Below are positions 49,501 through 61,503 of a DNA stretch of 64,000 bases, one piece after another. This DNA comes from Callorhinchus milii. Taxonomy: Eukaryota. The position numbers were made by a program, and so were the translations under genes. Position 1 is the first letter of the stretch, and the number at the start of each line of letters is the position of its first letter. Below the pieces are notes generated by a model, which was given only the letters and a program-made list of their open reading frames with translations, was not told the DNA's origin and ran no database searches. Where the stretch lies: NCBI RefSeq assembly GCF_018977255.1, contig NW_024704742.1:58034001-58098000 (forward strand), written 5' to 3'.

Positions 49501-52500
49501 GATGAGGTTTTCAGAACAGATGCAGAGGGAAGACAAGAGGATGAAGTTGTCAGAGAGGAAATTGGAGAAGGGTTTGGAAAGAACGACAAATGAGAAGGAT
49601 TATTAAGGAGGGATGGTAGAGAGTGAGGTGCTCAAATGAGGAGAAGGGTCTAGAAGGGTAAGAGGATAGACCCAGCGAGGACCTGGAGATGAGGTTCAAA
49701 CCACCACCAAAACGGTTGGGTTGCAGGGCATGATGGAAGGTATAGCCAGGTGGCGTGGCCTCAGTAAGGGGAAATGATCCAGGTTAAAGTGACAGTAAGG
49801 ATGTCAATTTTTCATCCACAATGTGTTTGTGGCAATGAGGGCTTTATTAGATAGGAGTGAGAACTCCACAAACAGCTAGTTTAAGCACTTACTTGAAGGC
49901 ATCAATTGGGTCAGCAGCAGCAGAGTTCCACCAAGTAACAAAAGAGAAGCAGTTGCAATTCTTCGAGGTGATGTGCGCAGCAGCCACCAGGCAGCTGTGG
50001 AAGCTGCAATTTCCGAAGTTGCACTAATAAAACAGTTGATGTAGGGATCTCCGTTCATGTTAGACGTGTTCAGAGATAACCCAAAGTAACTCATGGTTAA
50101 AATCATCCTGTAAAGAAAAACTTTTGTTTACGGTTATAATTTACTAATTTGAGAGTAAATTCCTTTCATTTTTCTTGTTTTTGCTCTGACATCTCCACCC
50201 AATACACAATTTCTATGGTTAGGTTGGTGATGATCTTTTTGCAAGACTCATATTCACTACAAATCTGAGCAGCCACAAGGTTCTAGCTGGAAGCCTCGAT
50301 CAACGTCATGAAACTACATCCAGAGCCAGTGGAGCATGAATTTCTCCTTTCTTAATCCGACTGAGTCCAGAAAACAATTCTTAAACAAAAAAAATTACTA
50401 TTACTGTAAGCGCTACAACCAAAAAAACATCTGCTTCATCAGAACAAATAGTTTGCGAGGGGAATAAGGAGGGAGGATTAGGAGGGCTGGAGATTCATGA
50501 TCTAATGGCCTGTTTTAGTGCTGTACATTCCATGTAATTTAATGCAACGAGAAAGATGAAAATCAGGTACCAGTATTCTATTCAGAACCGGTTTGATCCA
50601 TCTCAGAGTTATTTGTTTTACTCTACGGGGTAAAAGTGTTCTGTCACACGCGGTTTATCTTAATGAGCAGAAGAAAATGTTAAGAAACATATGCAAATAT
50701 AGTTCTTAACAGTCAGCTTAAAATCTCATCTCATAATGAGAGCTCTGCTCCCAGCCTCTGATCCACACAACCGCTTCTCCAGATCAGCTGCTAGCAGGCT
50801 AGTCAATGGAAAAGATTGCAGGAAACAGACTGAACCTAGGTCCTTGATCTTGGCTGTGGAGGTACCCGTTCAAACTTTAATATGGTGTTTAAACATTAGC
50901 AGAGAAATTTGATTATTTACACTCCTTGTATGGAGTTAAAACTTACATTCCATTTGTTTAGTATGATTACACACTGAACACCAATATTTAACATCAGTGA
51001 TCAATACCAAACAAGAACAAATTTACATTTATGTTGTGCCTTTTACGTCGGTAGGATATGCCAGGTGATGGACAGTCTGGAGTTTGCACCTGAGCAGGAT
51101 CTGGCAAGATAACAGAATACGGATCGAAGAGGAAGGTCTTGTGGCGAGGGAAGGGGTGAGTCATTGAGATTCCAGGATGCAGGTCTGTGCAAATCGGCTG
51201 AAAGCACAGCCACCTATGATGTGGTGGGTGGGGCAGGGATGTGAAGCTGGCCAGTGTCCGCTGAGCGGAGGGAGCGCCTGTATTTCTTTGGTTTCAAAAG
51301 TTCACACAGTTAAGGTAAAACCATATTGGTGGCCAGTGTAAACAGTCCATCATTCCCCATTGGGAACATGTAGCAGGAAATGCATCCAGAGATAGCCATA
51401 GGATTATTTATCCTGAGTACTTTGCCTCAAGAGATAAGATTTGTTTTGCTCGGTCAGGTGTCTAACACGTGCGGAAACAATGGAGTGATTTCAAGGTTAC
51501 AACAAGGATTGAACCAGCAAATTTAACCTCATATTTCCATCTTTACAGTCATTTTTCTATGTTTACTTACACTGAGCAATTGACAAAATCCTTCTCTCTC
51601 TCTTCATTTTCCAAACACATCTTAAAAACTATTTATTTGACTGCACCATTGGCCAATTTTCCTCCCGAAGTCAGGGGGGTGGCCAATGGGGCGGTCAAAT
51701 AAACAGAGGGCAATTACTCAGAGGGTAATTCATGACCTGGAACAGGTGACCAGGAGGGGTAGTTGAGACCAGGTCACTAGACTCATTTAAAAAGCAGCTT
51801 GATGCTGTGATGGGAGAACAGTAAGGTGACTATTCTAGAGGAATAAGATCAGATGGGCCTTCTTCATCCGAACTGTTCTTGTGAATTGCACAAGTAAACA
51901 AGATTCCAGATAACTGACTTAGATTCTTCACCTGAGACATTAAAAGTAGTAAATATTAGTGTTTACATTAGTATTCAATATTAATACTGAACTATACACA
52001 ACAGTGTAAATCTATTACTGATTTCACATATTTGGATGGGAAAACATTTTTGTAGTTCAATTCATTCCGCATAAAGCAACCACTCACCATATAAAAGAGC
52101 ACAAGACTGTGATGTTTCTTATGTTAGAACTTCTAACCAAATCCAAATAATTGTGAGTTCTCTTCTCATTTTTTGCAGGATTCTGGAGCAAGAAGAGCAA
52201 AAGAAACAATTTGTTTGAAGTATGCACGATTTACGTATACTAAAGCAAGAACATTAGCAAATAAGCAGCAGCTTTTGTAATCTGAGTATTGAATTCCTTG
52301 TGTTGTGGGGAGGGAGAGAAAGAGAGAGTGGTGCAAGCAGACAGTTCAAGAAACCCTGCCTCCAAGGTTGAATGAATAGTATCCGGTCCCAATACTGCTA
52401 AGCAGGAATCAAAGATGGAGACAACAACAAGATTACATTTGTATAGCCCTTTCACATAAGATAGCATCATGGAGTGCTGAAATAAAAGTGCTGGGGGAGA

Positions 52501-55500
52501 GGGGAGGAAAGAGAGGATGTTCACTTGTAAATCTGTCAATGGTTAAAAATAAATGTAAAATCCCTATCTCAGACATTGATGCAAAAAAGCAAAGTAATAA
52601 ATTACCAAAAAGCAAAGTAATAAATTACCAAAAGGTCCTCATTGTTGAATATCACTCCTACATGTGTAATGCCATTTCTTTTAGCCACAGCTTTAACAAT
52701 GACCTCTGCTTCTTCCACTCGACCTTGCACAAGCAGCCACCTGGGAGACTCAGGTATAAACCTGAAATAAAAAACACATAGATGTGACATTAACAGTCAT
52801 CATAAAAATACTTAGCAATCAATGTTAATAATTGTTAAGGTGTAAGAGCGTGTTGGATAGCACGTGTCAGCCTGGCTCGGTTGTAGCATTCTCTACTGTG
52901 GGTTGAAGTCCTGCTTCAGGAATTTGAGCTCACCAGCTAGACTGACAATGTACTGTTGAGGGGCAGCACTGATTATCAGAGGTACTGTCCTTCAGGTGAG
53001 GCTTTAATTAGAGGTCCCATCTGCCCATTCAGATGGATATCATACATAAACCAACATTCATTACCTCTACGAAAGAAACCTTGGATGACACTATCCCTAA
53101 ACAATTATGTTTGCTGCATGGATATGTGGACATGTGATCCTCCCTAGTCTGCAATGACTAAACCTCTGTCTCTTTCTATTTTTTTTATAATGCCATAGTG
53201 TTCTTTTGTTGCTGCCTAACTTCAAAATGTCATCTCCTGTACTCTTCTTCCTACCTGTATGTTTACTGGGCGAAATCAATGACTATCACACTGTCTCCTA
53301 TTCCAACTCACTCTTTCCCAGGACATTGTGGAAGATTGTGGAATCCTTATCTCACTTAATATTTAATTTCCTTCTTACAAAGTCCTCATATTGAATAAAT
53401 TAACCAACACATTTGATTAAGAAAACACTATGTTTGGTTGTCACTGTCACTGGTCTTTCAGAGGGTTTTACAGTCTTTCCCTGGTCATACATCAACTGCA
53501 GCCCAGAGCAAAAGAAAGTAAGCCGCTACCAAACTTTAAACCAATTGGCAAAAGATGAGATTAACTCAGGAACTGAGCGAGACTAAAGGGAAGACTGAAT
53601 ATGTTCCTCACCATTCTGGATCAGTGTGTATTGATGCTTCAAAGCATTAACACTCAGAACAGCTCTTAAAGCAGCATTAAACAATTGAAACACTTGAAAC
53701 ATTATTTGAAAAAGCTACATGTTGATTGCCACATTCATCTGCAAAAAACACAGTCACTACAGTACTGTAAATCCTCCTGATTTGCAAGGCACTATATGAA
53801 ATATAAGGAATGTTACTATTATTATAATATTGAATAGCTAATCAATTAAAGAAAACTCACCACCACAAAGGTACATACAGAAGTCCTGGCAGAGACAAGG
53901 CTAGTAACAACATGGACCAATCTCGGATATAATATGCAATAAAAGGGAGAAGCATGTAGCCAAGTGCGTAAAACATTGGCAGGCCAAGTGTTCCAAAAGC
54001 AACCCTCACAGATTTGCAAAGGAGCTCGGTTCCTGTTGAGAAGAGCCATTAAATAACATTTATAACAATATCCTGATGTAATTTTTAATATAATTTTAAA
54101 TTCAACAATCTTAACCAAAAAATAAGTAGAAATTAACAATTCATCAAAGGAAAAGAGAAATAATCTCACAGCTGGATCAACACTTCATGGAAAGCATCAC
54201 CAAACAATTTGTATGGAGATTATGAGCAAACTGTTTGTTGCCTTTCTAAATGTTTTAAAATACTCCTTCAACTTTTGATCAAATTCATTTTACCATTGAT
54301 ATTTTCATTGTTCATTTCACCAATTGTTTTGTCTACTTATGTCCTTATATCACCAAAACAAAGGCACATATACAGAAGTCCTGGGAGAGACCAGGCTAGT
54401 AACAACATGCACTAATCTTGGCTACAATAAGCAAAACAAAGGCATAAGACATTGGGAAACCAAGTTTTCTAAAAGCAACCTTCACAGATTTGACAATGAG
54501 CTTGGTTCCTTTTGTACTTTAATATTTAAATTCTAACAATATCTTGGTAAAGATAGTCAAGAGAGGGAAAGAGAGAGGGAAAGTGAGAGAGAGACAGAGA
54601 GAGTATGACAAAGAGAAAAATGGAAAGACAAAGAAAGGGTGAGCGCACAGCTCCAGTGTGACACTAAAGGCCTTCGTAACTCTTGATGGAAGACGTTTTC
54701 ATTTGGTACTGTACACAACTTGTGTTTTGCATGATGACCTCATATCCATACTGTTAAGTAAGTGGGGTCGCCCCAATTAGTGTACATGCTGAGTTTTCTA
54801 ATGTATTTAATGGCTCAGAAAGTTTGGTTTGGTTTCTCAGTGTCACAACTGAGGCAATAAGTCTAATTCAAATCAATTGTTTAAAGTTTTGCAATGAATA
54901 GACTATCTATCAACCTAGCTTTCTGAATTTACTCCCTCTACTACCCTCCTTTTCTTCTAGAGCATGGTTCCATTGGGGCGAGCAAAATTCCAGTAACTCA
55001 CACAAATGGCATTCTTAATAAATAATAAAAATAATTCTTGCATTTGATATAGCGTCATATCACGCCTTTGAGTCAAAGCACTTCACAGAATATACTGTAA
55101 AGTGAATTGACTGTGAGCAAAACACAGCAGCCAATTGCTCACAATGTGTGAGTCTTCTTTCCACACTGTGTTGTGATCTGGGTCATCAGAAGGCTCAAGG
55201 GATCTATTTTGCACATATATCCACAAAGGATATCAATAATGCAATTAAAATTCATGGTATTTAAATTAAATAATGCATATCGAAAGAAAGTTACCATTTA
55301 CTGGACAGACACCCATTGATGACAAGCTTTATTGCCTTAGCTGAAGTAAATATCACATAGAGGCTTGTCGCAACCTCTTGGCTGATTGACAGCAGTGTGG
55401 AAGTATAATCCCAGACATTTACAGCCTTGAAGCTTGTATCATGAAGACAAAACATTACGGAGAAGACAACATAAAAAGGAGAAAATGATTGAAACATGAT

Positions 55501-58500
55501 CAGAATTTGGTGTAAACCTAATGCACGATTTCTGCAATAGCTTTGAAATAAACTTACCTAAAACAAAAGCAGCGACATAATTCGAAATTTGTCCGAGACC
55601 AATCAGAAAGAACAAAACGCAGAACATCTCCCAGCTCTGAGAGGCTACTTGAATAAGGCTGAAGACAGCTTGCACCCCCATTGATGCAAAGAGAATATTT
55701 TTTCTCCCATACCTTTAAAAGAAAATAAGTAAAAGCGTATTCAGACATCAGTGAAGTTACTTTTTTTTAAGCAATCCAATTATTTTCTTTCTTTTTATTT
55801 TTCTATTTTTATTCTTATCTTTCTTCCTGTCCTTTGGATGAGATGTTAAACTGAAATCCCGTCTGCCTATTCAGGTGGATGTTAAAGATCCCATGGCATT
55901 ATTCGAAAACAGAAGGGAATTTCTCTCTTCCAACACAATCCCCCAAATAAAATTGATCAATCAATCCATGGCTGTTTGTGGGATATTGCTGTCCGCAACT
56001 GCCACATTTTGTCCACAAAATACAGTCAATTCACTTTACAGTATATCCAGTGAAGCACAATGAGATGTCTCAACAAAGTGATAAGCAGCTACACCAAATG
56101 CAAGGATTATTATTATATTACTATTATTTGTAGATGGACATAATGTAATGTACAATGTAACAGAAAGTTTCATTTCCCCTTTTTTCTTGATTTGTCCCTC
56201 TTAGATTTTGTTGTATTGTTCCACAACTTTGTCGTTTCCTTTTGGTTTCTTCCTCTTTTTGGTTTGCATATTGAAGTTTATTTTTCCTTGCAGTTCTATC
56301 TTATATATTTTCCTGTATTTTCCAATGCTCATTTTGTCAAAGCGTCTTTCTGTCTGTGTTTACAAGTAGAATTTTTTTGTTTTCATTTTATTTTGCTTCG
56401 CTGCCTTTTTTATTTTCTTTGGCTGAGTTGTTTACCTTAGAATAATAATCCTTGTATTTGATACAGCACCTTATCACATCGTGAAGACTTCTCAAAGCGC
56501 TTCACAGAATATATTGCAGAGTGGATTGACTGTGTGACCCAGCTTGGGACTGATTGTTCAAGGCTATAAAGGCAAGATAAGATAGTGACTGAGGTTAATA
56601 CAGCAGCAGCAAAAAAAGCTAAGTCAGTGACTGCGGTTAAATTGAATGTGCCTCTGAAATACATATTAATTTTTATTTATACCAAACTATGACCTACATT
56701 TTCATGAATCCCAGCAGCAACAATGCAAATGCTTTGGGTAATTTGTACTCACACAAGACTGATCCGTCTTTCAATGAGATGTTAAACTGAGTTCCCATCT
56801 GCCTGTTTAGGTAGATGTTAATGGCATTATTCGAAAAGAGAATGGAGTTCTCCCAGTGTCCTGGCCAACAAACTACTAAATAAAATTGGTCATTCACCCA
56901 TGGCTGTTTGTGGAACATTGCTGTGCACAATTGGCTGCTGGGTTTCGTCCACAAAATATACAGTCAATTCACTTTACAGTATATTCTGTGAAGAGTTTTG
57001 AGACATCTTGATGATGTGATAAGGCACAATATTAAATGTAAGAATTATTATTATTATTTAACATTATGAACAGTTCTGTGTTTATATATGCATCTCACAT
57101 CAGGAAGACTTCACAAAGTACTTTAAAAAATCATCTGGGAGCCCGAGCTGGGGTAGGAGTAGAGGAAAGCTGAGGAACAGACATAACAGATTATTTCCTA
57201 GAGGTGGAGAGACTAGATAGTGTTAGTGTTCAGAGGGATTTGGGTGTCCTTGTACACCAGTCACAAAAAGTTAGTATGCAGGTACAGCAAGCAACTCGGA
57301 AGGCTAATAGCATGTTGGCATTTATTGCAAAAGAGTTAGAATACAAGAGCAGGGAATTCTTGCTGCAACTGTATAGGACCTTGGTGAGACCGGGCCTAGA
57401 ATATTGTGTGCAGTTTTGGTCTCCTTATTTAAGAAAGGACATACTCGCCTTAGATGGGGTGCAGCATAAATTCACTAGGTTAGTTCCTGGGATGAGGGGG
57501 TTGACCTATGAGGATAGGTTGAGTAAACTGGCCTATATTCTCTAGAATATAGAAGAATTAGGGTTGATCTTATAGTAACATATACGATTCTTATGGGGCT
57601 TGACAGAGTAGACAATGTGAGACTGTTTCCCTGGTAGGAGAATCTAGAACTAGGGGCCACAGTCTTAAGATTAAGGGACAGCCCTTTCGAGCAGAGTTGA
57701 GGAAACACTTCTTCACTCAGAGGTTAGTGAATTTATGGAATTCTCTACCCCAGAAGGCTGTAAATGCTCAGTCCTCGAACATATTCAAGACTGAGATTGA
57801 TAGGTTTCTAAAGGATAGAGGAATTAAGAGATATGGGGAAAAGGCGGGCAGATGGAGTTAGGTTAGAAGATCAGCCATGATCTTATTGAATTGCGGGGTA
57901 GGCTCAAGGGGCCGAATGGCCTACTCCTGCTCCTAATTCCTATGTTCCTATGTTTCTATGTAAACAAAAACACAGTTGAAAAGAAAGTTTTACGACATGT
58001 TGACTCTAAATAATAATAATATTCCTTGCATTTTACATAGCACCTGATATTACTTCATCGAGATGTCTCAAAAAGCTTCACAGAATATATTATCAAGTCC
58101 ATTGACTGTGTATTTTATGGGCGACTCATGGCAGGTAGTTTGCACACAGCAATGTCCCACAAACAGCCATGGAAAGGGAAACTGAGCTCGGGTGGGGGTT
58201 GGGGAGGCAAGTGGGATCTCCATTGAGCTGAACTGATTCAACAGTGAAATGCTTAGCAACAGAATGTCGGAATTGAGCCAGCCCACTGTGGCAGTCTCGG
58301 TAGTCCAGTTCCTGAGCCAGGCGGGTCCGCAGTATTACTGGGCACTGCTGATGATGGCATAGCCGACCTGGCTCATCGGCAGGACCTTGAAGAGAAGACC
58401 AGTTACTGGGGGCAGGGTGTCATTCCACTCATCTTCCCATTAACTTTGTAAGCCAAAGCCCTAACAGGTTAGGTGATCCCAGCTGGACAAGCAGCAAGAA

Positions 58501-61381
58501 AGTTTGCCAGATAGCAACATCAATGGCAAGTTATGCGGTTTTAGTGGTTAGACTCCAGCCGTATCCCAACCACACTATGGAGTCCCCAAGCCTTAGCTCT
58601 TACCAACCTGCACTTAACACTTTCCAGAATTATGTAAGCAGGATGCATCCCTCCAGAGAGAGAGTTCACATTCCATTCCAACAATCTATCCCTGGATCTT
58701 CCATGTGTAAGTGGGATGCATTGAAATCTCAGCTAAGTTTGGCTACTCTTAAGCATGATGATGATTTCTCCAAGTGTCAGATACCTGGCTGATAACAAAA
58801 AAGAGAGAGTGACCAATTTTATTTGGGGATTTTTTGGTCAGGACACAGGGAGAAACTGCCTTCTCTTTTTCAATAGAAACATAGAAATAGGAGTAGGCTA
58901 TTCAGTCCCTTGAGCCAGTTCCGCTATTTTATAAGATCATGACTGATCTGTAACTCAAGTACAGTTACCCGTCCTTGCCTCGTATCCCTTAATACCCTGA
59001 CCTAACAAATAGTGCCATGGGATATTTTATATCCACCTCGACAGTTAGACGGGATCTCGGTTTAACATCTCATCTGAAGGACATCACCTCCATTAATGCA
59101 ACATACCCTCAGCTAGTCTGTATTGGAGTGTCAGTTTAGACTATGTGATTTCAAGTTCCAACATGATTGTGGGCTTGAACCTACAATCTTCTGACTCAGA
59201 AGCGATATTGTGACAACTGAGCCAGGCTGACACATTACGAGTTACATCTATATTCCATCTTTTCCATCTGAGACATCTAAAAGCACTCGTCAATATTGTC
59301 CATGCACCCAAACTGGGGTTGGGGCACCATCAGCGCGGCCAAACAGGCATGACTTAAGACACACCTAATATTAGGGGATGGAGGGTATCAGGAAAGTGGG
59401 GGCAGAATGGCTGAAAACCTATTTGCCGGTCAGCAGAGCACATGAAGCAGGCAAAGGGAGCAACCAGGTTGGTTAGCAGGGTTGAAGGAGAGCTCGGAGA
59501 TAGGGTGGGGCGAGACTGTGGAGGGATTTAAAGAAGGAACCAAAGAAGGGAGCCAGTGGGATGCAATATTCTGCTTCCTTTCACCTAGGGAGAGGGGATA
59601 GATGAAGAGGAAGAGGTGGGCAAAAGACCATGGAGGGACGACGCCAAGAAGGAGATGGAGGGTGGAATCAGAGAGGTAGATGGAGTCGGAGGTGAGGGGG
59701 AGAGACAAAGTGGGCAAAAGGGAGACTGGGGAGAACAAGAGGACAAGAGGGAAAGATGGAAGTGGGGACAAGAGGAATAGATGGCTAGAGGGAGAGATGG
59801 TGAGAGGGAGAGAGAGAAGCGGCGAGGGAGAGGGTGGAGAGGAATACGGAGAGTGAGATGGAGAGAGAATCTTGGGCTTGAATTTTGGGGTTTCGAACAC
59901 CAGATAATCAAGCTCATATCAACAACAGAGTTCAACTTATTTATTAGTCAGCAAAGTCAGACAGATTATAGTTACTCAATCGGGTGAACAGAGGTATGGT
60001 GACTTCAGCATGCTGTCTTCTCGAGTCTGTTCTAACAAGCACCAGATGCTCTAGGCAATTTATACCTGACTTGCTTACTATATTCATCCTTACTGCTGCC
60101 ATCCTTGCTCCAACCATGTGACAAAGTCATCTGGTTATCACACTCACAGATATTTTTGCTTGTCTTACTTCTGCTTACAATGGCTATCTGGTTACTCCTC
60201 TCCTTTCTCCACAGTTGCATGAGACAGGACACCAGAAATTGCAAGGATGTTAAAACAAACACATTCAACAGCAATGGTACAAATGTTCAGTGCAGAGGTA
60301 CAAATGTTGAATAATTTTCCAATATAGGCAGGATAGTGGTCAACTGAACAGAATTTCATCAGTCCAGAGGCAGCTGTATAGGTGAAGAAGGAGAGGGATG
60401 GGGTGGAGTGACTCCTGGATGGAGTTCCAGAGAGCAGAGGCAGAATGGATAAAAGCTTATCCACTGATGGTGGGACAGGTTGGGTGGGTTTGAGTTTTAT
60501 TTCACTCACTTATAATACACTCCCATCTGCCATTATTACATCCAAAGTGTATTACCTGACACTTTGTTTAATTGAACTCCATCTGCAATAGTTCCATACA
60601 CTTTCTTAATCAGACTATATCTCTGCAATGTTTAAACCCCTCCCAGTTCAGTGTCACCAGAAAGCTTGGATATACTCTCCTCTATTCATGTATTGTATTT
60701 AGTACATAGTATACAATATAACTCTGTACATGACAATTCTGTAGTTTTGATCAGAAATAACTAATGGTTTTATAATGTCTTATCAAGCCAAAATATGTCC
60801 AAATGTTTCACATATAATTACTTTCAAGTGTAATTACTGACTTTGTTGGCAAATAAAGCAGTCATTGCACAATAAATCCATGTGATGAAGAGCCCTGAAG
60901 CATCTTTGGCTACAGCACCTAGATAATTCTTCTCTATCCGAATGGTTTCATGGATCTTTAGAGCCCACTTAATCAGATTAATGTCTCACCAGAAAGGCGA
61001 CACCTCTGACAATGTAGTGCTTCCCCAGTACTGTCCGTCAGCCGAGATTATGAATTCAAGTCCCGATGTGGAGCTGGAAACAACAATTTCTAACCCAGAG
61101 GCAAGAGTCAGTTCAACAAATAGGTTCTACCCTTGTTTTTGAAAAAAAATAACTTTGGTTTTACTTTAAACCAGATCTTATCCAGTTCACATTTCATGAT
61201 AACAACAACTAACATTAGCAGTTCAGCGTTAAATTCCAAATTTGTTTTAGTGATTTCTCACGGAAAACATGTTGTACCTGTCAGAAAGTTGTCCCGAGAG
61301 GAATGAACCACACAGCACACCTATGAAAAACATCGATGTACATAATGGTCCTTTCCAGTTACTGTCACAGACAAGATCCCA
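43498..61381 (-). CDS. SLC22A5: SLC22A5/SLC22A4-like (OCTN) transporter, paralog 2, 5'-partial; complement join(61278..61381,55558..55712,53861..54032,52629..52761,52088..52182,49893..50107,46913..47095,44992..45127,43498..43591), 428 aa visible; exon 1 beyond 64000
   Basis: Same motifs and exon phases as paralog 1; all GT-AG; open frame to TGA at 43500-43498. Confidence 0.92.
44992..45127 (-). CDS. SLC22A5: Paralog 2 exon 9 (136 nt)
   Basis: tgatag|[44 protein letters not shown]|gtaagt. Confidence 0.95.
45790..46185 (-). mobile_element. L2 3' fragment
   Basis: (CAA)n tail and 3' UTR matching 30250-30537. Confidence 0.85.
46281..46605 (+). mobile_element. Young full-length tRNA-derived SINE
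   Basis: Complete head, core, tail and (TTA)n. Confidence 0.93.
46913..47095 (-). CDS. SLC22A5: Paralog 2 exon 8 (183 nt)
   Basis: tcacag|[14 protein letters not shown]...[34 protein letters not shown]|gtaagt. Confidence 0.95.
47575..48585 (+). mobile_element. Stack of three SINEs: old Deu-type (47575-47875), intermediate (47887-48226 plus tail remnant 48553-48585), young (48231-48553)
   Basis: Two successive tggagtcctgtagctcag heads and split tails. Confidence 0.85.
48905..49870 (-). mobile_element. L2 fragments (tail plus APE-region piece), ending ~20 nt from the exon 7 donor
   Basis: (CAA)n tail; reverse complement resembles 38280-39130. Confidence 0.75.
49893..50107 (-). CDS. SLC22A5: Paralog 2 exon 7 (215 nt)
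   Basis: ttacag|[28 protein letters not shown]...LTQLMPS|gtaagt. Confidence 0.95.
52088..52182 (-). CDS. SLC22A5: Paralog 2 exon 6 (95 nt)
   Basis: ctccag|[32 protein letters not shown]|gtgagt. Confidence 0.9.
52584..52629. repeat. Perfect 23-bp tandem duplication spanning the exon 5 donor of paralog 2
   Basis: AAAAAGCAAAGTAATAAATTACC x2. Confidence 0.95.
52629..52761 (-). CDS. SLC22A5: Paralog 2 exon 5 (133 nt)
   Basis: tttcag|[22 protein letters not shown]...FNNEDLL|gtaatt. Confidence 0.92.
53861..54032 (-). CDS. SLC22A5: Paralog 2 exon 4 (172 nt)
   Basis: caacag|[57 protein letters not shown]|gtgagt. Confidence 0.95.
54354..54508 (-). pseudogene. Degenerate duplicate of paralog 2 exon 4 (pseudo-exon, 155 nt)
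   Basis: Aligns along its length to 53861-54032; ~19-nt deletion, 2-nt insertion, TGG>TAG; AG and GT boundaries retained. Confidence 0.88.
55558..55712 (-). CDS. SLC22A5: Paralog 2 exon 3 (155 nt)
   Basis: taaag|[14 protein letters not shown]...[15 protein letters not shown]|gtaagt. Confidence 0.95.
55830..57060. mobile_element. Old Deu-domain SINE copies (55830-56125 +, 56440-56540 -, 56760-57060 +)
   Basis: gatgagatgttaaac..caggtggatgttaaagatcccatggcattattcgaa..catggctgtttgtggg core. Confidence 0.8.
57190..57960 (+). mobile_element. 5'-truncated CR1 LINE with intact 3' end
   Basis: [34 protein letters not shown]; tail gggccgaatggcctactcctgctcct..(cctatgtt)n. Confidence 0.93.
58170..58802 (+). 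mobile_element. Longest copy (~630 bp) of the unclassified LINE 3' UTR, ending in an A-run, inserted into a minus-strand Deu SINE
   Basis: Host SINE is split between 58010-58170 and 58805-59235; ends ...gtcagatacctggctgataacAAAAAA. Confidence 0.7.
61278..61381 (-). CDS. SLC22A5: Paralog 2 exon 2 (104 nt)
   Basis: ttgcag|[35 protein letters not shown]|gtacaa. Confidence 0.95.
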
Positions 61382-61503
61382 CTGCAACAGAAGCAGAAAA
61401 ACTATCAGCAAGTATCATGAAAATGTACTTGTAGTCTAACGTGGTTCTGTTGAAATTATAAAACAAAATAATTTCCATTTGAAATTCTACCACAATTTCA
61501 TTG

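Noticed and set aside
54354..54508. Exon 4 copy as a functional mutually exclusive exon
   Set aside because: Frameshifting indels and stop codons prevent it from encoding an intact helix pair
59430..59935. Pro/Ser/Leu-rich ORFs in a purine-rich tract
   Set aside because: Low-complexity sequence, probably the 5' region of an L2; no splice or homology support
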